Of a stretch of DNA of 64,000 nucleotides, positions 48,458 to 57,860 are shown piece after piece. Position numbers and translations under genes: made by a program. The stretch covers positions 3,136,001-3,200,000 of the forward strand of contig OY760937.1 in assembly GCA_963664225.1 (NCBI GenBank), in the 5' to 3' direction. Origin of the DNA: Verrucomicrobiia bacterium (GTDB lineage: Bacteria; Verrucomicrobiota; Verrucomicrobiia; Limisphaerales; UBA1319). How positions within the stretch are numbered: the first letter of the stretch is position 1; each line of letters begins with the position of its first letter. The notes under the pieces are model-generated. The model was not told the DNA's origin and made no database searches. It saw only the letters and a program-made list of their open reading frames with translations.

Positions 48458-48907
48458 ATGAACGAGGGAAAAATCCAGGCGGAGGATCGCCCCATGTTGA
48501 TCGCCATTTTCCAGCAGAACTGGGAAAACGTGCGGCACATCAAGAACGAGCGGCTGACCTTCGCCAATTTTTACGCCGTCATCAACGCGGGCGCGCTGTC
48601 CCTGCTCAACACCGTCAAGGGCCAGGGTCGGGCCGAGATTTTCCTGCTGCTGTTCCTCTGGTTTTTTTCGATGCTGGGCCTGTTGACGAGCCTGCGCCTG
48701 AAGGCCGAACTGGAGGAGTGCCTCGAGAATATCGACGCCCTGCTCATCACCACGGGATTGGAATCGTTCATGGCGATGGGAGTCACAAACAAGGAACGGA
48801 TGCGCTATCCCAAGTTCCGGTGGATGTTCCCCGCCTTCTACTCGTTCACCACAACCGCCTTTACGGCGCTCCTGCTCTACAATTTGTTCGCCGGGCGGCT
48901 GCCATAA
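48458..48907 (+). CDS. Small hypothetical membrane protein
   Basis: 149 aa with about 3 hydrophobic helices and genome-like codon usage. Confidence 0.7.
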   Translation: MNEGKIQAEDRPMLIAIFQQNWENVRHIKNERLTFANFYAVINAGALSLLNTVKGQGRAEIFLLLFLWFFSMLGLLTSLRLKAELEECLENIDALLITTGLESFMAMGVTNKERMRYPKFRWMFPAFYSFTTTAFTALLLYNLFAGRLP

Positions 48908-48942
48908 AAAAAGCGCGCGGAATTTTGGAAAATCCCGCGCGC
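48906..48942. terminator. Terminator between convergent genes
   Basis: AAAAAAAGCGCGCGGAATTTTGGAAAATCCCGCGCGC hairpin with T tail on the minus strand. Confidence 0.7.
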
Positions 48943-48987
48943 CCAGTAATGCAAAGATCGCCGTCAGCGGCCTGCAACTTCTCCGAT

Positions 48988-49866
48988 TTATTTCGCGTTC
49001 AGAAGCGTCTGGTAAAATTCAAAGGCTTCCTTGGGGGTGCGCTTGTCATGGACCACGGCGCGAATGGCCTTGAGCATGGCAATGGGGTTCCCGGCCTGGA
49101 AGACATTGCGTCCCATATCGACACCAGCAGCGCCCTGTTGGATGGCATTGTAGGCCATCACGAGCGCCTCGTTCTCGGGGAGTTTCTTGCCACCCGCCAC
49201 CACGATCGGCACCGGGCAGGAGGCAGCGACTAGGTCAAATCCAGTGTCGCAAAAATAGGTCTTCACGAAGGTCGCGCCGTTTTCAGCGCAAACACGGCTG
49301 GCCAGGGCCAGATAGCGCGAGTCGCGCACGAGTTCCTTGCCCACGGCGGTGACGCCCAGCGTCGGAATGCCGTATTTATTACCGAGGTCGGCCGTCTTGA
49401 CCATGTTCGAGATGGTTTTCGCCTCGAACTTGCTGCCCACAGCCACCATGACCGCCAGGGCCGAGGCGTTGACGCGAATGGCATCCTCGATATCGAGCAC
49501 GCATTCATCGTTGAGGTCGGTGAGCACGGTGGTTCCCGCCGAATAGCGCAGCGACACCGGCTTGGCGCAGGTGGGCGGCACGATGGAGCGCAGCGCGCCC
49601 CGGGTACACATGATGCAATCGGCATGCTCGATCAGCGGCGTGATCGTGAGGTCCATGCGCTCGAGTCCCGAGGTGGGCCCCATGATGTAGCCGTGGTCGA
49701 AGGCGAGCATCACGGTGTGGCCGGAGGCGGGATTAAAAATCCGGCTCAGGCGGTCTTTCATTCCCCAATCGACATGGTCGAGTCCCTTGAGGAAAAATCC
49801 GTGACGTTGAACAGGAATACCGATGCCGTAATCCGCGGCATCCTTGTTGGAATCATTATCTGCCAT
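48988..49866 (-). CDS. lsrF: LsrF-like thiolase / class I aldolase
   Basis: DWGMKDRLSRIF, MLAFDHGYIMGPT, VKTY, VAGGKKLPE and GAAGVDMGRN motifs. Confidence 0.9.
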   Translation of the reverse strand: MADNDSNKDAADYGIGIPVQRHGFFLKGLDHVDWGMKDRLSRIFNPASGHTVMLAFDHGYIMGPTSGLERMDLTITPLIEHADCIMCTRGALRSIVPPTCAKPVSLRYSAGTTVLTDLNDECVLDIEDAIRVNASALAVMVAVGSKFEAKTISNMVKTADLGNKYGIPTLGVTAVGKELVRDSRYLALASRVCAENGATFVKTYFCDTGFDLVAASCPVPIVVAGGKKLPENEALVMAYNAIQQGAAGVDMGRNVFQAGNPIAMLKAIRAVVHDKRTPKEAFEFYQTLLNAK

Positions 49867-49905
49867 AAGTGGTTTATTTTAATTACTAATAATTGGTGCG
49901 ACGCT

Positions 49906-50541
49906 TCAGACTGCTTCGCTGAAGCCTTTAAAAATCAGGGAAACGGAGACGGCGCCTGGATCGGGATGGCCGATCACGCGGTCGCCGAGATTACGTGCGC
50001 GGCCGAATTTGGCGCGCATGGCGCGGGTGGCTTCCGCTCCGGCGGCGGCGGCCAGGGCGGCGTGCTCCAGGGCGGACTTGATGCCCTGGGCGGGATCGGC
50101 TGTTTTCAAAGCATCCAGCGCGGGCAGGAAGGCGTCCATCATGGTTTTATCCCCCACGGCGGCCTTGCTCTGCTTTTGAAGTTTGGCCACGCCCGAGGTC
50201 ATCAGGGCGACAAACCCGGCGCAGTCCAGCGTATCCCTGCCGCCGGTGCCTTCGCTCAGTCCCATGAAAAAGGAGCCCAGCAACGGGCCGGTGGATCCCC
50301 CATCGCAGGACATGACATCCCAGGCCACCTTCGAAAAGAATGCTTTCAGGTCGCCGCCCGGAGCTTCATGCGAGGCCTTGTCCACGGCCTCCATGGTGCG
50401 CAGGATCGTGGTTCCGTGGTCGCCATCGCCCACGGCGGCGTCGAGCCGCGAGAGCATTTCGTGATGCGTGCGGATTTGCGCCACGGCGCCCTGGAGCATG
50501 GAGCAGATTCCGGAGTATCCAATGGTATCGGTATCGGTCAT
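49906..50541 (-). CDS. dhaL: Dihydroxyacetone kinase subunit L (DAK2)
   Basis: LDAAVGDGDHG, GGSTGPL, GDKTMMDA, GRA and DPGA motifs. Confidence 0.92.
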   Translation of the reverse strand: MTDTDTIGYSGICSMLQGAVAQIRTHHEMLSRLDAAVGDGDHGTTILRTMEAVDKASHEAPGGDLKAFFSKVAWDVMSCDGGSTGPLLGSFFMGLSEGTGGRDTLDCAGFVALMTSGVAKLQKQSKAAVGDKTMMDAFLPALDALKTADPAQGIKSALEHAALAAAAGAEATRAMRAKFGRARNLGDRVIGHPDPGAVSVSLIFKGFSEAV

Positions 50542-50563
50542 GATCGGAAAAAAATTGGTGTTA

Positions 50564-50729
50564 AACCCGAAATCCGAAATAGGAACGGCCCATCTGACGC
50601 AATCATTTGGCCATCCATGGTTTGAAACCGGCTGTGGAGTATTGATTTAATACACCTTCGCCGATTGCAAATCATGGCTGTCTCAAAGCATTGCATCATC
50701 TTGACCATTCTTATTTCGGATTACGGGTT
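50564..50729. repeat. 166-bp imperfect palindrome
   Basis: Arms of about 80 bp, AACCCGAAATCCGAAATAGGAACGG... / ...CCATTCTTATTTCGGATTACGGGTT, centred on GTATTGATTTAATAC. Confidence 0.85.
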
Positions 50730-50795
50730 AAGCGGGACGGGGCGGTCCGCCACGAAGGGCAAAGAGCCGTCCCCGTCCCGCAGGTGTTGGGAGTA

Positions 50796-51797
50796 TTATT
50801 TAACCGTCAGCGCGGGTGTGTCGCACGGGGCCTTCCAGTATTTCAATAATTCGTCATCCATCTTCGCGACGAACATCTGGAACCCGGCCATTTCCTGCAC
50901 GGTCAGGATTTCGGCGCATTTGGCGGCGGCAATATGGATGCCCTGGGCATCGAGATGTTTTTTGCAGCCGCGCAGCACAATGTACATTTCCATGAGCGTG
51001 GTCGCGCCGCTGCCATTGATGATGAGCAGCAGACGATCGCCCCGGGCGGCATTGACGGCCATGGCCAGCCGCGAAACCATCATTTCGGCGGTGCGATCCG
51101 CCGTCATGATCTTGCTGGGACCGGTGCCGGCCTCGCCGTGCTGGCCCATGCCGATTTCCATCTCGTCATCGGGCAGGTCGAAAATGGCCTGACCGGTGGA
51201 GGGATGGGTGGCGGTTTTCATGGCGACGGCGAGCGTGGCCATGCTGTTGTTGAAACGTTCCGCAATGGCGTAAACCTCATCCAGACTTTTGCCCGCTTCA
51301 GCCGCCGCGCCGGCAACCTTGAACAAGGGAACGCAGCCGACCAATCCGCGGCGATCCTCGATCGGCGTGTTGGCCCCGGGGGCAATGTCCTCATGGGTGA
51401 GCAGCATCTTAAAGGGAATGCCCTCCTTGGCGGCCATCTCGGCGGCCATGTTCGCGCTCATCACATCGCCCGCGTGGTTGAGCACCACAAAGAGAATGCC
51501 TGCCGGACGGTTGGCCAGGCGCAACGCCTCCAGAACCTTCGGTGGTCCAGGCGCGGCAAAAATATCGCCGACCACGCTGTAATCGAGCATGCCTTCGCCC
51601 ACGAAACCGCTCAGGGCGGGTTCATGACCGGCGCCGCCCAGGGTGACAATGGCCACCTTGTCCCTGGATTTGGGCCGGGCGCGGCAAACGATTTTGTCCG
51701 ACTGAATGCTGATCACATCGCTGTGGGCGATGGCGAATCCCTCGAGCAGCTCGCGGGTGAGTTGCGTGGGATCGTTAATGAATTTTTTCATCGTCAT
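50796..51797 (-). CDS. dhaK: Dihydroxyacetone kinase subunit K (DAK1)
   Basis: MKKFINDP, GGAGHEPA, GD, DRRG and GMGQHGEAG motifs. Confidence 0.92.
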   Translation of the reverse strand: MTMKKFINDPTQLTRELLEGFAIAHSDVISIQSDKIVCRARPKSRDKVAIVTLGGAGHEPALSGFVGEGMLDYSVVGDIFAAPGPPKVLEALRLANRPAGILFVVLNHAGDVMSANMAAEMAAKEGIPFKMLLTHEDIAPGANTPIEDRRGLVGCVPLFKVAGAAAEAGKSLDEVYAIAERFNNSMATLAVAMKTATHPSTGQAIFDLPDDEMEIGMGQHGEAGTGPSKIMTADRTAEMMVSRLAMAVNAARGDRLLLIINGSGATTLMEMYIVLRGCKKHLDAQGIHIAAAKCAEILTVQEMAGFQMFVAKMDDELLKYWKAPCDTPALTVK

Positions 51798-51816
51798 GGC
51801 GGTGTTCTCCCTGGGT

Positions 51817-52137
51817 TTACTTCGTGAACTGCATGTATTCAATCGGTGCGTCGCCGTCCTGAATGAATGCCACGCGCAAGCCGTCCATGGGAACGAACGG
51901 CTCCACAATGACCTTCTTGCCGGCGAGGGCCGCATCCAGATCATCCACGGTATAGGCGACGTGGGCGGTTTTCTTCAGCAGGTAATACATGGGGCTGCCG
52001 GCCTCGAACCGCAGCCACTCGATCTTGTGTTCGCTCTTGTTGGCGTCCGTGACGTAAAGCTTCGCCCCCTCGAGATAAATCTCGTTGGGCTGCTGCTGGG
52101 TGGTTGGGATTCCGATGTGGTGAAATTCCATTTTCAT
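51817..52137 (-). CDS. VOC/glyoxalase-like protein
   Basis: FHHIGIPT, IEWLRF, HVAYTVDDL and VAFI...IEY motifs. Confidence 0.75.
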   Translation of the reverse strand: MKMEFHHIGIPTTQQQPNEIYLEGAKLYVTDANKSEHKIEWLRFEAGSPMYYLLKKTAHVAYTVDDLDAALAGKKVIVEPFVPMDGLRVAFIQDGDAPIEYMQFTK

Positions 52138-52173
52138 ACGGTTATTCCAGTGAATGATGGGTTCGCGGGAGAA

Positions 52174-52860
52174 TTAGAATTTGACGTCGGGATTCGTGAA
52201 CCGGAGTCCGTCGCCATCGTGGAAGCTGCCGTATTCGCTGACGATCGCGCCATTGGGTCCGCCCATCATGAAATGCTTGGCGGTGAGACGATTGAGGGTG
52301 GCGATGTCACCGGGCTGCATTTCGTGGTATTTGGAGACGGTGATGAACTTCTCCTGGCTCTTGGGCAATTTGAATCCGGCAGGCAGAGGGCTGCCTTCTT
52401 CGCCGAGGGTGAAAATGCTGCCGTTGCGGACATGCCAGCTCTCCATCTTGGCCTTGCCCTTGGCGGTGGCCGCATGGGCATGCTCCACGATCATCTGACC
52501 GGGCAGCAGGTAAATCTCATGCGCGAAATAGCCGGCCTCCTGGGAATTAATCCAGAAAATGCCGCCCATGCCCACGTTCGCAAAATCGCCCAGACCAAAA
52601 TCCGTGGCCCACATATTCGTGCGGAGCGATTCGGGCACGGGATAGCCATAAGCGCCCATCATGTCGAAATAGGCCTGCTTGGCCTTCTCCACCTGGAATT
52701 TTCCGTCCTTGTAGAAGTCCTCGTTCTTCATTTTCGCAATTTTCACTTTCTTCACAGTCTTATTATCATTGTCTTTGGCCATGTTATTAATGCACAGCGC
52801 GGATGTCGTAACGACAAATGCGGCGAGCAATAGCAGGCGTCCGAATGTTCCTCGTTTCAT
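52174..52860 (-). CDS. D-lyxose/D-mannose isomerase-like cupin with N-terminal signal peptide
   Basis: TDFGLGDF, GQMIVEHAH...KMES (HxH..K.E), H..MGG and VSEY motifs; RBS AAGGA before ATG 52860. Confidence 0.75.
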   Translation of the reverse strand: MKRGTFGRLLLLAAFVVTTSALCINNMAKDNDNKTVKKVKIAKMKNEDFYKDGKFQVEKAKQAYFDMMGAYGYPVPESLRTNMWATDFGLGDFANVGMGGIFWINSQEAGYFAHEIYLLPGQMIVEHAHAATAKGKAKMESWHVRNGSIFTLGEEGSPLPAGFKLPKSQEKFITVSKYHEMQPGDIATLNRLTAKHFMMGGPNGAIVSEYGSFHDGDGLRFTNPDVKF

Positions 52861-52920
52861 TATATTCCTTTGGTTGTTGTGGTTGTTAAAAAATGGCCGG
52901 TGACCCGGCCTCTCATTGAA

Positions 52921-53853
52921 TCATCGCTGGCAGGGGCCCGGCAAAGGTTTCCCCTCTTTGGAAAGCATTTCCACCGGCATCATGGTGCTGTCGCCCGTGG
53001 GATTCGAATAATGCCAGACGGCTTTTTTCTCGCGGGTGATTTCGACCAATCCGCATCCCGCCCCATCCTGATAGGCCCGGTAACAGCCCATGACCAGGTT
53101 CTCATTGGCCAGCAGGTGCATTCCCGTCAGGTTCTGCAGCTTCAATTCCGGCAGATCGCGACAGGCAAATTCCCACACCTTCCCCCCTTTGGCGTCATAC
53201 TCTGTGACCTGGTCGAGGCTTGTGACAAGGGTGGTGCCTTTGGGCGTGCGCAAGGCGGAGAAGGCCACGCCACCGGCCACTTGCACCTCCCAGACCACAC
53301 GTCCGTCGGGCGTGTATTCCTTCACCTGGCGCAGGCCGGAATGGCAGACGAGATAGTTCCCGTTGTCCAGCTTGCGCGCCATGCGCATGTTATGATGTTC
53401 CCCCAGCTTGGACGGTGTCGTTTGCAGTGTGAAAACGATCTGTCCCGCGGCGTCCAACTCGAGCACGCGACCCGTGGAGTTCTCCCCCACAAGGGTTCTG
53501 CCATTGGCCAGCCTTTGACACGAGAACGCCCCGCCGCCTTTTTGCTCCGCGGGCTTGTATTGAAAAACGGTCTTATGCTCCGGGGTCACTTCGGTCACGG
53601 TCGCCCCGTCGGCGAAGAGCACGTTTCCGTTGGTCAGCATCCAGACGTCATGTGTCAACTGGGCGGGCTGCTGCCAGAGCACCTGGCCCGCCGGATCGAG
53701 GATCAACACCCGGTTATCGCCCGCAGCCAGAATGCGTCCCGAGGGCGAACCGACGATCAGGGGCGTTTCCGCCCGCAAACCGCCCGCACCGATCAGGAGC
53801 GCCAGCAGACCGATGACTGCTGGCGCGTTCGTAAACAGGGATGTGCCGCGCAT
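52921..53853 (-). CDS. Exported beta-propeller protein (PQQ/arylsulfotransferase-like repeats)
   Basis: Signal peptide; repeated LxNGNxL...VxExxxxGxxVW units. Confidence 0.75.
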   Translation of the reverse strand: MRGTSLFTNAPAVIGLLALLIGAGGLRAETPLIVGSPSGRILAAGDNRVLILDPAGQVLWQQPAQLTHDVWMLTNGNVLFADGATVTEVTPEHKTVFQYKPAEQKGGGAFSCQRLANGRTLVGENSTGRVLELDAAGQIVFTLQTTPSKLGEHHNMRMARKLDNGNYLVCHSGLRQVKEYTPDGRVVWEVQVAGGVAFSALRTPKGTTLVTSLDQVTEYDAKGGKVWEFACRDLPELKLQNLTGMHLLANENLVMGCYRAYQDGAGCGLVEITREKKAVWHYSNPTGDSTMMPVEMLSKEGKPLPGPCQR

Positions 53854-53876
53854 GTTGTTTGGGTTTTGAATCCGGG

Positions 53877-56800
53877 TTAATCGGTCACGACGACGCGGAA
53901 CCCGACGTTGTAAACATGCTGCCAGGCCGGATAATCCAGTCGGGCGGAAACGGTGGATTCACGCGGCCTTTCGGACCATGAACCTCCACGCACCACTTTG
54001 GAGACGTCGGAGCCCGCCTTTGATGGCGCCGTATCCTTGTACGGATATGGCCGGTAATCATCCAGCGTCCATTCGGCCACATTGCCGATCATGTTTTGCA
54101 GACCCCACGGATTGGCCTTGTAATGGGAAACCTCGGCGAGCATCAGCACACCGTCGTTGAACCGGGCTTCCTTGGGAACATAGTCCCAGAACTTGTCGGG
54201 GTTGGAGATTGGCTGAGGATCGACCCCGGAGACGGCCAGCTTTGAAATCGAGGCGTCGGAGAGATTCGCAAACGTTGAGAAATCCGAGTTCAGATCCCCA
54301 TAGAACATCGGCGTGGAGGAACCGGTCCGACAGGCCCATTCCCATTGCGCCTCGGTGGGCAGTGTCACCTTCTTGCCGGTGCGCGCGGAGAGCCATTTGC
54401 AGAAGGCCATCGCCTGGTTCCAGTTCACACGAATGACCGGCAGGTTCGGGGCATCCATCAAGTAGCCCGGACGCACCTGATCCTTGTAGTGCTGATCATA
54501 GTATCCGTTGCGATGGTTGGGATCGAACTGCTGATACTGCTGCAGACTGATCTCCGTCGTGGCCATCCAGAAGGGCCTGGCGATTTTCACCGCAGTCATG
54601 GGGAATTCATTGAGCGCGCCATCCACGGCGCCCATCGCGAACTGGCCGGCGGGGATTTTCTTGAGCGCAATCGCCTGGCTGTTGCCCAGGTCCAGGGCCA
54701 TGGCGTTTTCGCCCAGGTCGGCCTGCAATTTTTGGGCGGCGTCGGGACTCAGCGGCCAGCCGTCCACGGATACCGCCGCAGGACGCGCCGCCATCGGCTC
54801 GGGTTTGACAAACTCCACCTTCGCGGTGCTCACTGCGGGAATGGCCTCGATGTCTTCATCGACATTGGAGTACTTCTTTCTGGAATCATAACGCCGTTGC
54901 TCGAAGTTGGAGGGAATTTTCGCAACCTCATGATACGTGCCGTAGGCGGGAACGTTGATGTCGATCCAGGTCAACAGACGGTCCCAGCCCTCGGCGTTCA
55001 ACTTCACATTGTAATGACCCTTGCGCAGCATCTGAATCAAGAGGCTGGTGTTGGCGTGGAATTCCAGAGGCGTTAGAACGTGGTAATCGCCTTCCGGTCC
55101 GTTGCGACGGATGTATGGATGCAGGTTCAGGTAGGAAACCGGCAGATCCGAAATGCCGCCGCTGGTCGGGATGATGCGTGTGTCGGCGAAGTTGGGGCGT
55201 CCTTCCTTGCTGCCGTTATGGCAACCCACGCAATACTGATCCAGCACAGGCTGAACCTCGCGCAGGAAGCTGAAGCCGCGTTTGGGCCCGTGCCATGGCG
55301 TGGGTTCAATCGGCGCTTTGCGGGCGGCAAGGCCCAGCTTTGGCGCGGCGGCGGAGTTCTGGCGCTCATGACAGCCCACGCAGGAAACGACTTCACCGGG
55401 CATTCCCACAAACCAACTGCGCATCAGTTGGAGGGCCTTGCCTTCCTGATCGAGCGGCTGGAGAGCCACCGGCGTGTTGGCCGGGATTTTGAACATGGCC
55501 GAGCCATCGGATTCCACCGGCACGGTGCCGATCATGCGGCGAACGTCCCATCCGCCTTCCATGCCGACAAAATAATGACCGCCCTGGTTGCGATAGGAAT
55601 ACTCGTATTGGAACAGGCGGAGGTTTTTCACGGAACCGCGCGGCACGTCCTTGAGGCCGGGACCGGCGTAAATATCATGCACGTAAACCGTGGCATTCGT
55701 ATCGGCCAGTTTCACCTTGTCTGGAATGACCGGGGGACGGACGGTTTTGCGGAAGGGCAGCGGCTCGAACAAGGCGTAGCCCGGCTGCTCCTTTAGAAGC
55801 AGCATGTTGTCGAAAGTATCCACCAGGTACAGGCCCCATGCAGCCGAGGGAGTCGGCTTGGCGGAAACCAAAAAGTACTTATCGCTCAAGGGATAGGGAT
55901 GCAGGAATTTCGGCCAGGAATCCGCCACCAGCTCGTCCTTGATGACGTCCGGAACCGGTTTGCCGCGACCGGGAATGCGCTGGATCGCGCCGGTGTTTTC
56001 CTGACGGCCTTTGGAGACGTCGAACAACACCATTTCGCCCATGCGCGCCACGCCGTGATGGCCGGAGACGATGCCGACCAGCTTGGTCGAACTGCCCGGC
56101 AGGGGCCGCGCGTAAAAGAGCGAGTTGGGCCAGTAGGAATTGCTGCCGTAAAGCTCCATCTGGCCGGTGCCATCGGGATTCATGGACATCATGATCCGGC
56201 TGAAATAGTGGGCTGAATCGGTGTATTCCCAGCGCAGATACATGATGCGGCCGCTGGGCATCACCACGGGATACCAGTCGTTGTCCTGGTCGAAGCACAA
56301 ACGGCGGATGGTCTTTCCCTCCGCGTCCATCAGGTGAAGATTGGCCACATAATCCGAACCGCCCACGCATGGCACGCCCTGGAAGGTGCTGGTGGAATCG
56401 AACATGATCCGGCCATCGGGCAGATACACGGAATCGTAGCTGTCGATATCGGTTTCATCGGCGGGTGTCACCTGGCGCAGGCCGGTCTTGTCCGCCTTGA
56501 TTTCAAACACCTGCCACTTGTTGTGGGTGCCAATGGAGGAAAACATCAGCTTGTCCGCGTCGAAATTCAGATCGACATCGCCGACATAGTAATTCTTTTC
56601 GGGCTTGTAGAAGGTCTCCAGGGCCGCGCCGCCTTTCTTGTATTCCAAAGTGGCGATTTCGTTTTCCGTCTGGGGATTGATGCTCGAGTTACCCTGCCAA
56701 TTCTGCGGCAGACAGAGGTTGCCCTCGGAGCGTTTGACGAGCAGGACCTTGTCGAAATCCAGCAATGGATTGGCCAGAAGCGCCTGACGCCGAACTTCCT

Positions 56801-57860
56801 TGAAGCTGGAAAGGGCGGCCAGGGACTTGTTTTCCCCATTTTCGAGCCCGGCCTTGATGGTCGGCAGATCTTTTTCAAAGGCCAGCACCGCCTTCAAGGA
56901 TTCGGGTCCGCCGACGTACTTGCCGGGGAACGAGGCGTTGAGGTCTTCAACCGCCAGGCGCAGCGCCGTCAGGTCCAGCCCGGCCAACTCAGCCCGGGCT
57001 TGTTCAAATGTGGTCGCCTGCCCGGCCAGCGAAAGCACGAGCTGGATCCACTCGGGGCTGGTGGGGGCCGTTTTGGCCTGAACCAATGCCGCGAGTTTCT
57101 CACGATCGGCTGTGGCGTCCTTGAGATTCTTCAGCAAAGCCTCCGCCGCCTGCTGCTCGATCTGGGTGTTTTCCGGATGCGCGAACCACTGTTCCGCATT
57201 CACATACTTCGAGAAAAGGCCCGATGGCCCCGGAAAATTATGCGCCACAGACCCAATGGCGCCCACCGTCGAGGCGTCCGTGCTAAAGTAAATGCCGGAA
57301 TCGCCGGTGCGATTGAAGATTTTAACCAGGACCGTGTTGGTGCCTTCGTGCAATTTGGCCTGGATCACGTCCGCGTCCGGGGTGGTTCCGCGTGGAACGT
57401 CATTGGACAAAAGTTTTTCACCGTTCACCCAGCATTCCACGCCGTCGTCGCTGCCCAGCCCGATTTTCAGCGGACGCGCCTCTTTGACGGTAATGGTGCG
57501 GTAAAAGTAGTTGGCCGTGGACGCTCCCGCCTGGAGCGAATGCACCACGCCATCGGGAATCTCGACCGCCTTCCAGACGGGCTTGTCGTTTTTAACCGCC
57601 TTCAGGTCAACGCCTTGCTCGGGAAACAACGCATCGGAAAACGACTGCGCTTTCAATCCCCCCGTTGTGACCCACGGGGATTCGACCAGGTCGGGTCCGG
57701 ACTGCAGCGCCGCGCGCCGGGCCAGCATCGCCGCCGCCCAATCGCCGCTTTCAGCCGCCACGGCCATCCATGCCGATCCGATCAGCAGGCCCGCTGCCGC
57801 CAATGTCCCCAGCCTTCTCCCTGCTCCACAACCCGCGATACCATTAATCAGTGATTTCAT
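53877..57860 (-). CDS. Exported hydrazine synthase alpha-like c-type haem protein with C-terminal FGE/SUMF1 domain
   Basis: Signal peptide; TolB-like propeller (YLPDGRIMF, RWEY, NPDGT); GTVPVESDGSA..PA..MRSW..PGE..SCVGCHE; second CVGCH; FGE motifs LPTEAQWEWACR, GNVAEW, RGGSW and GFRV. Confidence 0.85.
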   Translation of the reverse strand: MKSLINGIAGCGAGRRLGTLAAAGLLIGSAWMAVAAESGDWAAAMLARRAALQSGPDLVESPWVTTGGLKAQSFSDALFPEQGVDLKAVKNDKPVWKAVEIPDGVVHSLQAGASTANYFYRTITVKEARPLKIGLGSDDGVECWVNGEKLLSNDVPRGTTPDADVIQAKLHEGTNTVLVKIFNRTGDSGIYFSTDASTVGAIGSVAHNFPGPSGLFSKYVNAEQWFAHPENTQIEQQAAEALLKNLKDATADREKLAALVQAKTAPTSPEWIQLVLSLAGQATTFEQARAELAGLDLTALRLAVEDLNASFPGKYVGGPESLKAVLAFEKDLPTIKAGLENGENKSLAALSSFKEVRRQALLANPLLDFDKVLLVKRSEGNLCLPQNWQGNSSINPQTENEIATLEYKKGGAALETFYKPEKNYYVGDVDLNFDADKLMFSSIGTHNKWQVFEIKADKTGLRQVTPADETDIDSYDSVYLPDGRIMFDSTSTFQGVPCVGGSDYVANLHLMDAEGKTIRRLCFDQDNDWYPVVMPSGRIMYLRWEYTDSAHYFSRIMMSMNPDGTGQMELYGSNSYWPNSLFYARPLPGSSTKLVGIVSGHHGVARMGEMVLFDVSKGRQENTGAIQRIPGRGKPVPDVIKDELVADSWPKFLHPYPLSDKYFLVSAKPTPSAAWGLYLVDTFDNMLLLKEQPGYALFEPLPFRKTVRPPVIPDKVKLADTNATVYVHDIYAGPGLKDVPRGSVKNLRLFQYEYSYRNQGGHYFVGMEGGWDVRRMIGTVPVESDGSAMFKIPANTPVALQPLDQEGKALQLMRSWFVGMPGEVVSCVGCHERQNSAAAPKLGLAARKAPIEPTPWHGPKRGFSFLREVQPVLDQYCVGCHNGSKEGRPNFADTRIIPTSGGISDLPVSYLNLHPYIRRNGPEGDYHVLTPLEFHANTSLLIQMLRKGHYNVKLNAEGWDRLLTWIDINVPAYGTYHEVAKIPSNFEQRRYDSRKKYSNVDEDIEAIPAVSTAKVEFVKPEPMAARPAAVSVDGWPLSPDAAQKLQADLGENAMALDLGNSQAIALKKIPAGQFAMGAVDGALNEFPMTAVKIARPFWMATTEISLQQYQQFDPNHRNGYYDQHYKDQVRPGYLMDAPNLPVIRVNWNQAMAFCKWLSARTGKKVTLPTEAQWEWACRTGSSTPMFYGDLNSDFSTFANLSDASISKLAVSGVDPQPISNPDKFWDYVPKEARFNDGVLMLAEVSHYKANPWGLQNMIGNVAEWTLDDYRPYPYKDTAPSKAGSDVSKVVRGGSWSERPRESTVSARLDYPAWQHVYNVGFRVVVTD

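Noticed and set aside
53877..54100. FGE/C-lectin domain or LRR genes as diversity-generating retroelement targets
   Set aside because: No template repeat with adenine-specific differences and no reverse transcriptase in the window.
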